Assembly: GCA_963749915.1 (NCBI GenBank) | Contig: CAVVOP010000005.1 | Location: forward strand, 160,001 to 224,000 | Reading direction: 5' to 3' | DNA from: an uncultured cyanobacterium | GTDB taxonomy: Bacteria; Cyanobacteriota; Cyanobacteriia; Cyanobacteriales; Cyanobacteriaceae | DNA length: 64,000 nucleotides | Part shown: positions 9,678 to 20,275 of the stretch, one piece after another | Layout of the letters: each line of letters starts with the position of its first letter | Numbering within the stretch: the stretch's first letter is position 1 | The notes under the pieces: model-generated | Databases searched by the model: none | What the model was told of the DNA's origin: nothing | What the model saw: only the letters and a program-made list of their open reading frames with translations | Made by a program: the position numbers and the translations under genes

Positions 9678-11684
9678 CTACTGATCGCCGACCAGCCACA
9701 TACTTTCATAGGGAGCAAGATAGAGTCGTCCTTCAGAGATATTTAAGGAACTACCCTCAGTTAGAAGGTTCCGGATATTGCCACTTAACCCCCCATACTG
9801 TAACATTTCTGCCCTGACCGACTGCCAATGGTCATCGAAATTCGCCAGGAGCATTATACTATTCTCTGGACGATCGCGGCGTAATGCCCAGACATGGTCG
9901 TTGTCCGTCCACATCGGATGCGTGAGGGCAAAACTGTGTAACAAAGAGGTGGACTTGCGGACTTTGATTAATTGGATTAGCCCCTGGTAAATCCGTCCTT
10001 CAATTGTATTTGGAGCATGACGCTTATCCGCTTTCATCCAGTCCATCGACGGTCGGTGCAGCCAGCGGCTATCCTTGGCTTTAATGGGGTCGTTTTTGTA
10101 GACATTATTGTTCAATAAGCCCACTTCATCCCCCATGTAAATTAAGGGGATACCACCACGGAACATAATCGCACTGTGCAGCAGGAGGATGCGACGGATT
10201 GCCAAATCCATGGCTAACTCATCCTGGTTCTCTAGTGCCACTTCTAACCCGGTTAGGGAAGCTGTTGTACCACAGATGCGGGCATCTTTGGTGACGGGAT
10301 TGAAACCAAAGAGAGCTCCTTTGGCGAAAGACCCGGGAAACTTTCCCGTGTAGAATTGGTTGAGAAACTGACGGTGAAGAAAGGGATTTGCTCCAATTTC
10401 GCCCAGATCCTCATCCGCCATTGCCCAACCGATATCATCATGGTTGCGAAGGTAGGTGACTGCGCTGGAATTAATCAACAGGGCTGGGCTGCGTTTGTGA
10501 ATCACATAGGATAGCAAGGTTACCTTATGGGTAGCCAAAGCACTCCAGAGCATTACCATTAATTGATTGTTATAAGCCAACTCACACTGTTTGCCAGTGG
10601 TTGTCTTCACGCCGATATACTGTTGTAGCTGATCGGGCGGCACGATCGCCTCAGCCTTGAAAATAAGGGCAGGAGCAACAATCCGCATCAGTCCCCGAAA
10701 TATCTGAATCAGTTTGAAGACTTCGGGCTGGTTCTGGCAGTTGGTTCCCATCCGTTTCCAAATAAACGGTGCGGCATCGAGTCGGAGGATATCGACCCCC
10801 TGATTGACCAGGAAGAGCATGATGTCCATCATCTCCCGAAAGACGCCGAGGTTGGTGAAGTTGAGGTCCCACTGGTAATCCATAAAGGTCGTCCAAACCC
10901 AGCGACCATTTCCCGCCATCTCAGGATACCAAGTAAAGCTACCAGGGGCTTCATCGGGGAAGATTTCCGGTAGATTTTGCTCGTAGGCATCGGGGAGGTT
11001 GCGATCAGGAAAGGTATAGTAATAGTCGAGATATTTCTGTTCTCCAGCTATGGCCCGCTGTGCCCATTCATGTTCTTTCGCGGTGTGATTGACCACCAAA
11101 TCGACACAAAGGGAAATACCCCGTTCTCGTAAATCCGTCGCCAGTGCCTCGAGGTCTTCCATTGTCCCCAGTTCTGGCTTGACTGTGCGGTAGTCCATCA
11201 CCGCATAGCCTCCATCATTGGGGGCGGGACGGGGATTGAGCAGGGGCATCAGGTGCAGGTAGGTGATACCCAGTTCTTCGAGGTAGCTGACTTTCTCTCG
11301 CAAGCCTTTGAGGGTTCCAGCAAAAAGGTCTGGGTAGCAGACGTAGCCCACCATGTTCGGGCGCTCAAACCAATCGGGGGTGAACTGTCGTTCTAGGTCG
11401 AGTAACCGCAAAGGTTCGGGTCTTGCTGCATACGCTTCCACCATCTGGTCAAACAGAGCCTCAGTCTGCTCGTGATAATCGGGGCGATCGCCATAGATTT
11501 CTCTTAAGGGATCATAAATATCCTCGAAATATCGCTCAAAACGCAGCCAAAAGATATCGGCATCCCTTGGGGTACAGCAGTCCATCAGTTTATAGGACTG
11601 ACGCTCCTTAAACGCTTCAAATACGGAGCGGGAGGAGTCGGACATTTGAAGGACATTATGCATGGTTTCAGTATTCAAATTCAA
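9678..11684 (-). CDS. Amylosucrase/sucrose hydrolase-like GH13 protein
   Basis: ITYLHLMPLL, NDGGYAV, DLVVNHTA, and catalytic motifs RLDAAPFIWK, FKAEAIV and YLRNHDDIGW all intact. Confidence 0.88.
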   Translation of the reverse strand: MNLNTETMHNVLQMSDSSRSVFEAFKERQSYKLMDCCTPRDADIFWLRFERYFEDIYDPLREIYGDRPDYHEQTEALFDQMVEAYAARPEPLRLLDLERQFTPDWFERPNMVGYVCYPDLFAGTLKGLREKVSYLEELGITYLHLMPLLNPRPAPNDGGYAVMDYRTVKPELGTMEDLEALATDLRERGISLCVDLVVNHTAKEHEWAQRAIAGEQKYLDYYYTFPDRNLPDAYEQNLPEIFPDEAPGSFTWYPEMAGNGRWVWTTFMDYQWDLNFTNLGVFREMMDIMLFLVNQGVDILRLDAAPFIWKRMGTNCQNQPEVFKLIQIFRGLMRIVAPALIFKAEAIVPPDQLQQYIGVKTTTGKQCELAYNNQLMVMLWSALATHKVTLLSYVIHKRSPALLINSSAVTYLRNHDDIGWAMADEDLGEIGANPFLHRQFLNQFYTGKFPGSFAKGALFGFNPVTKDARICGTTASLTGLEVALENQDELAMDLAIRRILLLHSAIMFRGGIPLIYMGDEVGLLNNNVYKNDPIKAKDSRWLHRPSMDWMKADKRHAPNTIEGRIYQGLIQLIKVRKSTSLLHSFALTHPMWTDNDHVWALRRDRPENSIMLLANFDDHWQSVRAEMLQYGGLSGNIRNLLTEGSSLNISEGRLYLAPYESMWLVGDQ

Positions 11685-11692
11685 ATAAATTA

Positions 11693-12340
11693 TTAATGTA
11701 ACGTGTTTTTATATTGACGTAATCCTTCAACTCCCCAACGTCCCGACGTGAATTGAGGGGAATTGAGGGTTTCAATGGGAGCTAAAGTGACAATATCAGC
11801 ATTATGAGGATTAGCTATCGTATCGAACTGTTCAACTGTGAGGTGTAAAAATCTCATCACAAAAACTCGCAACGCTAGACCATGGGTAATAATTAAGGAG
11901 CGTTTTGAGCTAGTTTTTTTAACACTTCGCACAAAGGTTTCAAGAAACCCCGACACTCGATCATAGCAATCTGCTGGACTCTCTCCCCCTCGGTAACGGT
12001 AGTAAAAATGACCATAATTCTCAATCATTTGCTGCTGAGTGGGGACATCGAAATAGCCATGTTCAACCTCACGCAGTCGGGGATCTTCGCGAACGCAAAC
12101 CTGTTCTACCTTGAGTTTTGCCCCTTCGAGGATGCCGAGCAAAGTTTGCTTGGCTCTGAGGAAGGGAGAAGTATAAATCAACGATTCCCGCAGATAAGAT
12201 TGTCCCAAGATGCTCCCCACTTCCTGGGACTGCTCAATTCCACGTTCGGTTAAAGGAATCAAATGATCCGCTAGGGATTCTTGATTAGCAGGGGTCACGT
12301 TAGCTTGCGATTCTCCATGACGAATCAGCTTGATAATCAT
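11693..12340 (-). CDS. Histidine phosphatase (phosphoglycerate-mutase superfamily)
   Basis: IRHGESQAN, TSPFLRAKQT, DPRLRE, GGESPADCYDRV, ITHG; probable start MIIKL at 12340. Confidence 0.85.
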   Translation of the reverse strand: MIIKLIRHGESQANVTPANQESLADHLIPLTERGIEQSQEVGSILGQSYLRESLIYTSPFLRAKQTLLGILEGAKLKVEQVCVREDPRLREVEHGYFDVPTQQQMIENYGHFYYRYRGGESPADCYDRVSGFLETFVRSVKKTSSKRSLIITHGLALRVFVMRFLHLTVEQFDTIANPHNADIVTLAPIETLNSPQFTSGRWGVEGLRQYKNTLH

Positions 12341-12403
12341 CTTGTCACTAAAATTACGATAAAAACTAATACAACAAGACATATTAAGTCTAGCGGAGAA
12401 AAA

Positions 12404-13270
12404 TCAAAGAGCACCAGCTACTATCTTACCCGCCTCCTCTAAAATGAGCTCAAGATGTGCTTGGCTCTGAAAACTTTCAGCATAGATTTTATAGACGTTC
12501 TCCGTTCCCGAAGGACGGGCAGCAAACCAGCCATTTTTACTGACTACTTTTAATCCACCAATGGGGGCATTGTTTCCTGGTGCTTGAGTGAGTTTGGCCG
12601 TAATCGTGTCTCCTGCTAAAGAAGAAGCCTTGACATCTGCTGGCGAGAGTTGACTCAGACGAGCTTTTTCGTCTGGGGTAGCTGGGGAATCAATTCTGGT
12701 ATAAAAAGATTCGCCTAAGCGTGCAGTCAGTTCTTGGTAATGTACCCCGGGGTCTTTGCCTGTCCGTGCCGTAATTTCTGCCGCTAGCAGGTCCATAATC
12801 GGACCGTCCTTATCGGTAGTCCAGACGGTGCCATCTTTACGCAGATAGGATGCCCCGGCACTCTCTTCCCCACCAAAGCCCAGAGAACCATCTAATAAGC
12901 CGGGAACAAACCATTTAAATCCCACGGGAACTTCGCACAGTTGTCTTCCTAGTTCCCCCGCAACCCGATCAATCAAGCTACTACTTACCACTGTCTTGCC
13001 AATGGCACTCTTGGCTGGCCAGCCGGTTCGCTGATTAAATAGGTACCAAATGGCCACAGCCAGAAAATGGTTGGGGTTCATTAGTCCCGCGCTGGGAGTA
13101 ACGATGCCATGGCGGTCTGAATCGGTATCATTGCCAAAGGCGATGTCATAGCGATCTTTGAGCTTGACTAAATTGGCCATGGCGTAGGGGGAAGAGCAAT
13201 CCATGCGGATTTTTCCATCCCAATCAACAGTCATAAAGCTAAAAGTAGGATCAACCGTAGGATTAACGAT
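12404..13270 (-). pseudogene. pgm: Phosphoglucomutase, C-terminal half only
   Basis: [58 protein letters not shown]. The N-terminal half with the phosphoserine loop is absent. Confidence 0.9.
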
Positions 13271-13296
13271 AAATTTGCTACGGTTTTCTTGGGCAT
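13267..13296 (-). pseudogene. pgk: First 10 codons of a probable phosphoglycerate kinase
   Basis: GAGG RBS, then ATG CCC AAG AAA ACC GTA GCA AAT TTA TCG ([10 protein letters not shown]), resembling cyanobacterial PGK N-termini, joined directly to internal pgm sequence. Confidence 0.6.
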
Positions 13297-13365
13297 CGTC
13301 AATTTTTCCTCTTGCTTTTGTTTGGCTACCGAAGTTTTTAAATAGCTCTTTTTTCTTAATGGGGT

Positions 13366-15867
13366 TTACTCCTGCAATTCAATCTTAACCGGTTCTACTT
13401 GCCAAATATTCTGACAATATTCCCGAATCGAGCGATCGCTAGAAAATTTGCCCATTCGTGCTACATTTAAAATTGACATCCGCGTCCACTGATCTCGATT
13501 TTGGTAAATCTGAGATACCTTCTCTTGAGCTTCAAGATAGGATTGATAATCGGCCAACAGCATATAGGGATCATCGTAGAGGAGATTATCGACAATGGGA
13601 CGGAACAGATTAACATCACCATGGGCAAATAGTCCCGAACCGATTAAATCCAGCACGGCTTTTAATTCCGGGTTAGATTCATAGTAGCCTCGGGGATAAT
13701 ACCCTTGGGCTTTCATCTTTTCTACTTCTGCTGCTGTCAAGCCGAACAGGAAGAAGTTTTCTGCTCCTACCTCTTGGCGGATTTCCACATTGGCTCCGTC
13801 AAGGGTTCCGATGGTTAAGGCACCGTTGAGGGAGAATTTCATACATCCCGTCCCAGAAGCTTCTTTCCCTGCCATGGAAATTTGTTCGGACAAATCGGCG
13901 GCGGGATAGACTCGCTGTCCTAAAGTGACATTGTAATCGGGCAAGAATACCACTTTTAACCGATCTCGCACATCAGGATCTTGATTAATGACCTCCCCAA
14001 TCGAATTGATCAGTTTAATCATCAACTTAGCTATAAAGTAGCTAGGAGCTGCCTTCCCGCCAAAAATGAAGGTGCGGGGCGTGATATTTAAGTTGGGATT
14101 TTCCTTGAGGCGGTGGTAAAGGGTAACTATATGCAGGACATTAAGATGCTGACGCTTATATTCATGGATCCGCTTAACCTGAATGTCAAATAGGCTGTCA
14201 GGATTGACGGTAATACCCACTTTATCCTTAATATAGGCAGTTAAATCGCCTTTAACCGCTTGCTTGACTTGGTACCACTGCTGGCGAAAATTGGCATCCT
14301 CGAGGGAACCTTCCAGCTTCTTGAGTTCGTTGAGATTGTTTACCCAATTTTCGCCAATTTTGGTGGTGATTAATTGGCTCAGACGGGGATTACTCAATAC
14401 CATCCAGCGGCGGGGCGTTACCCCATTGGTGACGTTGGTGAATTTTTCGGGAGAATATTGATAGAAGTCGTGCATCACTGTCTCTTTAAGCAGTTGCGAA
14501 TGGAGTTCCGCTACCCCATTGACTTTACCGGAACCAACGGTGGCGAGATACGCCATGCGCACCGTTTTCGGTTCTCCTTCGCCAATTAAAGATAGGCAAG
14601 ATAATTTCTCCCCATCATGAGGATATTTGATCCGGACTTCGTCGAGGAAATGCTGGTTGATGGCATAAATAATTTCTAACAGGCGGGGCAAAAGACGACC
14701 AAATAAATCAATATCCCACTTTTCTAGTGCTTCGGGCAAGAGGGTGTGATTGGTATAGTTAAAGGTATTTTGAGTAATGTGCCAGGCTTGATCCCAACCT
14801 AAGTGGTATTCATCAACTAACAGCCGCATCAGTTCGGCTACGCCAATGGCGGGGTGGGTGTCATTGAGTTGAACGGTAAATTTCTCGTGGAAAGTGTCCA
14901 CACTGTCCCCGTCCATGGTATGGATGCGAATCATGTCTTGCAAGGAACAGGAGACGAAAAAGTATTGTTGTTCCAGCCGCAGTTCTTTCCCCTGAATTGG
15001 TTCATCGTTGGGATAGAGGACTTTGCTCAAGTTTTCCGATTTGACCTTATCGTTAACTGCCCCGTAGTAGTCACCCACATTAAAACGATCAAACTCAAAG
15101 GATTCGACGGCTTCCGAACGCCACAGACGCATGGTATTAGCAGTATTAACTTTGTAACCGGAAATAGGTGTATCGTAGGGAATGCCCTTAACCACATAGC
15201 TGGGAATCCAGTTAACCCGGTAGTTACCCTCTTGGTCGGTATAGCTCTCCGTATAGCCCCCAAATTTTACTTTGACACTGGCTTCCGGACGGGCAATTTC
15301 CCAAGGATTGCCCAATTGCAGCCATTTATCGGTAATCGCTTTTTGCCAACCGTCTTGGATTTCCTGGTCAAAGATGCCAAATTCGTAGCGAATGCTATAG
15401 CCGATGGCCGGGATTTCTAAGCTGGAAAGAGAATCGAGATAGCAGGAAGCGAGGCGCCCCAAGCCGCCGTTGCCAAGTCCAGGTTCTTCTTCAATATCGA
15501 TTAGTTCTGGCAGATTGAGTCCCAATTCCTCTACCGCTTGCTTGACGGGTTCATAGATGCCTAAATTAATCAGGTTGTTACCTAGATGAGGTCCCGGTAA
15601 AAATTCGGCGGAAAGGTAGCCGACGACACGGACGTTTTGCTTGAGATAAGTCTCAGCAGTGGATAGCCAGCGTTCTAAGAGGCGATCGCGGACTGTGTAG
15701 GCCAAAGCCATGTAGTAGTCATGGGTAGTGGCGATACTGGAAAATTTGCCCTGGATATAGTAGAGGTTATCCATTAAAGCCCGTTTTAGAGCTTCTACGG
15801 TTAAGCTGGTGCGATCATCTTCTACCGTGGCGTTCTGACTTATTTTCTTTGCTTGAGAGATGTTCAT
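13366..15867 (-). CDS. glgP: Glycogen phosphorylase
   Basis: [44 protein letters not shown] site [28 protein letters not shown] before ATG 15867. Confidence 0.95.
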   Translation of the reverse strand: MNISQAKKISQNATVEDDRTSLTVEALKRALMDNLYYIQGKFSSIATTHDYYMALAYTVRDRLLERWLSTAETYLKQNVRVVGYLSAEFLPGPHLGNNLINLGIYEPVKQAVEELGLNLPELIDIEEEPGLGNGGLGRLASCYLDSLSSLEIPAIGYSIRYEFGIFDQEIQDGWQKAITDKWLQLGNPWEIARPEASVKVKFGGYTESYTDQEGNYRVNWIPSYVVKGIPYDTPISGYKVNTANTMRLWRSEAVESFEFDRFNVGDYYGAVNDKVKSENLSKVLYPNDEPIQGKELRLEQQYFFVSCSLQDMIRIHTMDGDSVDTFHEKFTVQLNDTHPAIGVAELMRLLVDEYHLGWDQAWHITQNTFNYTNHTLLPEALEKWDIDLFGRLLPRLLEIIYAINQHFLDEVRIKYPHDGEKLSCLSLIGEGEPKTVRMAYLATVGSGKVNGVAELHSQLLKETVMHDFYQYSPEKFTNVTNGVTPRRWMVLSNPRLSQLITTKIGENWVNNLNELKKLEGSLEDANFRQQWYQVKQAVKGDLTAYIKDKVGITVNPDSLFDIQVKRIHEYKRQHLNVLHIVTLYHRLKENPNLNITPRTFIFGGKAAPSYFIAKLMIKLINSIGEVINQDPDVRDRLKVVFLPDYNVTLGQRVYPAADLSEQISMAGKEASGTGCMKFSLNGALTIGTLDGANVEIRQEVGAENFFLFGLTAAEVEKMKAQGYYPRGYYESNPELKAVLDLIGSGLFAHGDVNLFRPIVDNLLYDDPYMLLADYQSYLEAQEKVSQIYQNRDQWTRMSILNVARMGKFSSDRSIREYCQNIWQVEPVKIELQE

Positions 15868-15896
15868 GATGGTTTCTCCTTTTTTGCTTTCCTGTT

Positions 15897-17478
15897 TCAA
15901 CTAGCCGCAATGGTGAGGCGATCGAGCCGGGTGCGATCGCCTGTGAGAGTAATGCCACGGCGATTGGCTTCCAAGTGGCGGACAATTTGATAGACGGTTT
16001 CTTCTTGTCCTACTGCCCCTGCTTTTTCGGCCAGAACAGCTACAGATAGGGGTTGTTTGGTTTCCTTAAGAGCCTCCATCACTCGTCTTCTGCAAATCGA
16101 GAATCGAGGCAGCCGCCTTTTTCCCTGCTTCTACCCCGGGTTGGTGGTAGGCGTTGATATTCACTAAGGAAGCATAGAACCCTACCGCCCTTTCATAGAG
16201 GGCAATTAAGGCCCCGATGGTGGTAGGATTTACTTGGGGAATCGTGACGGTAATCGAATCCCGGTTATTTTCGTAGAGGGCTTGGCGCGTCCCCAGCAAG
16301 AAGCCAGAGAGGAAGTCCCCAGAGGTTGCCCCCGGTTCCACCTCGATGGAATCTCCTGCACGACCTTCTAGCACTTCAATAAAGGTGGCGAAGAAGTTAG
16401 GGATGCCTTCCCGCAACTGCTGGACGTAGGCGTGTTGGTCGGTGGAACCCTTATTGCCATAAACGGCAATGCCCTGGTGGACGGTGTTGCCATCTAGATC
16501 TTGTTCCTTGCCCAAGGATTCCATCACCAATTGCTGCAAGTAGCGACTGAAGAGCAAGAGGCTGTCTTTGTAGGGCAGAATGACCATATCTTTCTTGCCC
16601 TGCCCGTCCCCAGCGTAGTACCAGCAAAAAGCCAGCAGGGCGGCGGGATTTTGCTTAATATCCCGGACGCGAGTGGCCTCGTCCATGGTTTTCGCCCCCG
16701 CTAGTAGGGTGCGGATGTCGATGCCCTGTAAGGCAGCTGGGAGCAGTCCCACCGCCGATAGTTCCGAGGTGCGCCCCCCGACCCAATCATACATGGCAAA
16801 TTCCCCCAGCCAGCCTTCCTCTTGAGCCAGCCGGTCCATCTTGCTCCCCGCCATCGTCGTGGCCACGGCCTGTCGGGCAAACTTCAACCCCTGGGCCTCG
16901 AAGGCGTGTTTAGCTTCCAGCATCCCGTTGCGGGGTTCGGGAGTGCCGCCAGATTTGCTGGTGTCGATGACCAAGGTACTCTTGAGGCGATCGCCCAGAC
17001 CATGGAGAACGCGATCAATGCCAGCGGGGTCAGTGTTGTCGATGAAGTGAATGGCGAGGGGTGGTTGTTCAGGGGCGAGGGCTGCAGCCACGAATTCGGG
17101 GCCGAGGGCAGAACCGCCAATGCCAATGGCCAGGAGGTCGGTAAATTTGGGAGCTTCTGGGGGGCGGATGGTACCGTCGTGAACCTGCTGGGCAAAAGTT
17201 TCAATGGCATCAATCCCTTTGATAATTTCGTTGCGGATGTCAGCCGTGGGGGCGAGATCGGGGTTTCGCAGCCAGTAATGCCCTACCATGCGGTTCTCGT
17301 CGGGGTTAGCGATCGCGCCGCCCTCTAGAGCTTCCATGTCCTGGAAGGCTCTGTCAAATTTGGGTTTTAAGGCTTTTAACAACTCGGGTGCAAACCGCAT
17401 CCGGCTGATATCCAGATACAGTCCTAGGTCGGCGTGGTAGTAGAGCCAGTCTTGATAGCGTTGCCAGAGATTTTCCAT
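15897..17478 (-). CDS. pgi: Glucose-6-phosphate isomerase, with an apparent +1 frameshift near 16087
   Basis: [51 protein letters not shown]; the C-terminus continues in ORF 15897-16082. Confidence 0.92.
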
Positions 17479-17500
17479 TTTAGATTTTGGGTGAAGGAAA

Positions 17501-17537
17501 TAATTCGTAATTCGTAATTCGTAGTTTGTAATTCGTT
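17501..17537. repeat. Heptamer tandem repeat TAATTCG
   Basis: taattcgtaattcgtaattcgtagtttgtaattcgt. Confidence 0.8.
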
Positions 17538-18156
17538 TTAACCTGATGTACTTGCCAAGTGGAAAATACCCCCAAGACCATTCTTCATTTCATCGGGGGA
17601 AATTTTGCCGTCAGAGTCTTCATCGAGGGCATCAAACACTGCACCACTTCCCAGCCACTCTTCCCGGGTAATGAAGCCATCGCCGTCAAGGTCGTAACTT
17701 TGAAAAATTTCCGTACTCGCCTGACCTATTTTTGCCCCAGATTCCAGTTGTGCCAGTCGCTTGGCTAAGAGTTGCTCCAGGGTTTCTAAAGCTTTGATAA
17801 AGCCTTTAATCCCTTCATCCAGCTTTCCACTCGCCATGGGGTCTGCTGCGTGCATTTTCTCAAAGGTAGCCTTGTCCATGGCAATTTTCTCAATCTCCAT
17901 GGTTGCTGCCTTAGCTGGGTCTAGTTTGCGAGTCAGTTCTCTTTCCGTCGCTTCCAGCTCCGCCAGTAATTTGGGCGAAATGGTCAGCAGATCACAGCCA
18001 GCCAGTTCTTCCAGTTCGCCGATATTGCGGAAACTAGCTCCCATGATTTCGGTTTGATAGCCGAACTTTTTGTAATAGTTATAGATGGTAGCAACGGACT
18101 GCACCCCCGGATCTTCTGCCCCAGTGTAATCTTTACCCGTATCTTTCTTATACCAG
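17538..18156 (-). pseudogene. tal: Transaldolase C-terminal part with EF-hand extension; N-terminus deleted
   Basis: WYKKDTG...EDPGVQSV, MGASFRN, LAGCDLLTISP, then EF-hands DLDGDGFITREE and [12 protein letters not shown]. Confidence 0.88.
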
Positions 18157-18693
18157 GACATTATCGCCCTGTTTTAGGTGAGTCAGGATGCGATCGCGGA
18201 AGAAGGGCAAAGTACGCTGGCGAGTATCCGCTAAACTTTCTCCCCCGGGAGGGCGGACATCATAGGAACGCCGCCAGGTATGCACCTGTTCGGTGCCAAA
18301 TTTCTCGGCGGTTTCGGCTTTGTTGAGTCCTTGTAATTTGCCGTAGTAACGTTCGTCGAGGGCGGCACTGAGAAAGATGGGCAATTCTTCCTCGGGATTG
18401 CCTTCGTACTTGTCCCAACCGTGCCACTCAGGATCGTCGGCTTCGTGCTTGATAATAGGGATTTTGCCGCCGCAGATGTCATCTACCTCCGTCAGGCAGA
18501 TTACCGCCGTCTCCATCGCCCGAAATAGCATACTGGTAAAGCAGACATCCACCCGATAGTCCCGCAACTTGCAGGAAGCGATGGTGGCTTCGGCCCGGCC
18601 TTGTTCGCTCAAGGGGACATCTACCCACCCGGTGAACTTATTGGCGGCATTCCACAGGCTTTGTCCGTGTCTAATTAAAATAAGTTGTGCCAT
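18148..18693 (-). pseudogene. gpmA: 2,3-bisphosphoglycerate-dependent phosphoglycerate mutase, truncated before the conserved AHGN motif
   Basis: LIRHGQSLWN..NKFTGWVDV, LDERYYGKLQGLNK, WRRSYDVRPP, GESL; ends at GDNVLV*. Confidence 0.88.
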
Positions 18694-18797
18694 TGTTTGT
18701 CTTAAAAATAACTAAAATTAGTTTCTGAAATCAGCACTTATTAGATTTAAACTGATTAGATTTAAGATTTGTTTAAGTCTTGTTGATCTTTTCGCGT

Positions 18798-19088
18798 TTA
18801 TTCTTGACGAAGCTCTTCAATCATTGCTTCTGTGTGAATGAGGGTATCAACGATAGAGATAGCATTGTTGAGGACATGAAAATAGTCAATTTTCTGCCTG
18901 ATTGATCTTAGTTTGGTTTCTAAGACCTCTGTTGTTGCCGAATCTTTTTCTGTGTCCAGCTGGCTAAGAAGTTGCCCTTGAGTAATCTTGTAATAAGATT
19001 GTAAGTCTCGGAAATAGCTGTGCAATTCGGTGACGGTAGTAATCACAGATGCTTCTTTTAGTCCAAATTCGGGTCGTTTGTTTTCCAT
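18798..19088 (-). CDS. Hypothetical protein (96 aa, predicted helical)
   Basis: ATG-started ORF co-oriented within the island; no motif recognised. Confidence 0.65.
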   Translation of the reverse strand: MENKRPEFGLKEASVITTVTELHSYFRDLQSYYKITQGQLLSQLDTEKDSATTEVLETKLRSIRQKIDYFHVLNNAISIVDTLIHTEAMIEELRQE

Positions 19089-19151
19089 GTTAATCTGTTA
19101 ATTAAGAATAGGGCTAATAATCTAGTATTAGAAGAATTTACTTACTGGGAA

Positions 19152-20177
19152 TCAAGCCTTAACAGCCGATTTTTCTGGTGGTGTTACCTCATCCTTTAAG
19201 GGCTTGCCTTGTTCAAAATCAGTAATACTAGCAATGGTTGTGCTGGCAATCTGGGAGATGGCATTGCGAGTAAAGAAAGCTTGGTGAGCTGTAACCACCA
19301 CATTGGGAAACGATTGCAACAATTGAAAGGTGTCATCTTGGATCACCGTATCAGATAAATCCCGAAAGAACAGGGTGTCTTCTTCCTCATAAACATCAAT
19401 GCCTAGGTAGCCAATTTGACCCGATTTTATCCCTTGAATTGCTGCCTTGGTATCAATCAGCTTACCACGACTGGTATTAATCAGCATCATCCCCGGTTTC
19501 ATTTGCGCAATGGTCTCTGCGTTGATCAGATGATGGTTTTCAGGGGTAAGGGGGCAGTGGAGGGAAATAATGTCTGAATTACCTAGTAGCTCTGGTAAAT
19601 CGACATAACGAGCCTCGCCCATGGCTTCAAATTTAGGATTAGGGTATAAATCGTAGCCAAGAAGATGACAGCCAAACCCACGCATAATTTGGGCAAAAAT
19701 TAGACCAATTTTCCCTGTTCCAATCACTCCCACCGTACACCCATGCAGGTCAAATCCCATCAGACCATTGAGGGCAAAGTTATCATCTCGAACTCGATTG
19801 TAGGCTCTGTGGAGCTTACGATTAAGGAGTTGAATCATGCCGACGGCAAACTCAGCCACGGAATAGGGGGAATAGACGGTGACGCGCACTACTTTGATTC
19901 CCAGTTCGTCTGCTGTGGGCAAATCCACATTGTTAAACCCGGTGCAGCGCAGGGCAATCAGCTTTGTGCCCTGGGCGGCTAAGATTTTCAGGGTTTCACT
20001 TCCCACATCGTCATTGACAAATACGCAGACGGCGGGAAAGCCATCGGCGAGGGAAGCAGTTTTGGGTTGGAGCAAGGTTTCAAAGTAAACCAACTCGTGA
20101 TTCCCCTGAGCGGCAGCATTGGCTGCATCGAGAAATTGGCGATCGTAGGGTTCAGTACTAAAAACGGCAACTTTCAT
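19152..20177 (-). CDS. ldhA: D-lactate dehydrogenase (D-2-hydroxyacid dehydrogenase)
   Basis: MKVAVFST, ALRCTGFNNVD, YSPYSVAE, GVIGTGKIG, SLHCPLT, INTSRG, DVYEEE, TAHQAFFT. Confidence 0.92.
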   Translation of the reverse strand: MKVAVFSTEPYDRQFLDAANAAAQGNHELVYFETLLQPKTASLADGFPAVCVFVNDDVGSETLKILAAQGTKLIALRCTGFNNVDLPTADELGIKVVRVTVYSPYSVAEFAVGMIQLLNRKLHRAYNRVRDDNFALNGLMGFDLHGCTVGVIGTGKIGLIFAQIMRGFGCHLLGYDLYPNPKFEAMGEARYVDLPELLGNSDIISLHCPLTPENHHLINAETIAQMKPGMMLINTSRGKLIDTKAAIQGIKSGQIGYLGIDVYEEEDTLFFRDLSDTVIQDDTFQLLQSFPNVVVTAHQAFFTRNAISQIASTTIASITDFEQGKPLKDEVTPPEKSAVKA

Positions 20178-20180
20178 GGT

Positions 20181-20214
20181 TAGATTTTAGATTTTAGATT
20201 TTAGATTTTAGATT
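20181..20214. repeat. Heptamer tandem repeat TAGATTT
   Basis: tagattt x4 plus tagatt immediately upstream of ldhA. Confidence 0.85.
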
Positions 20215-20275
20215 ACAGAAGACAACTTTGCTGGAGGAAAGGAATGTGGGGAAAATCCCCTTCTACCTTACTCAC

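Noticed and set aside
17560..17710. EF-hands on transaldolase as a novelty
   Set aside because: Transaldolase/EF-hand fusions are already known in cyanobacteria
17538..18693. Novel GpmA-transaldolase fusion enzyme
   Set aside because: The parts are in different frames and each lacks catalytic residues; a deletion explains it better
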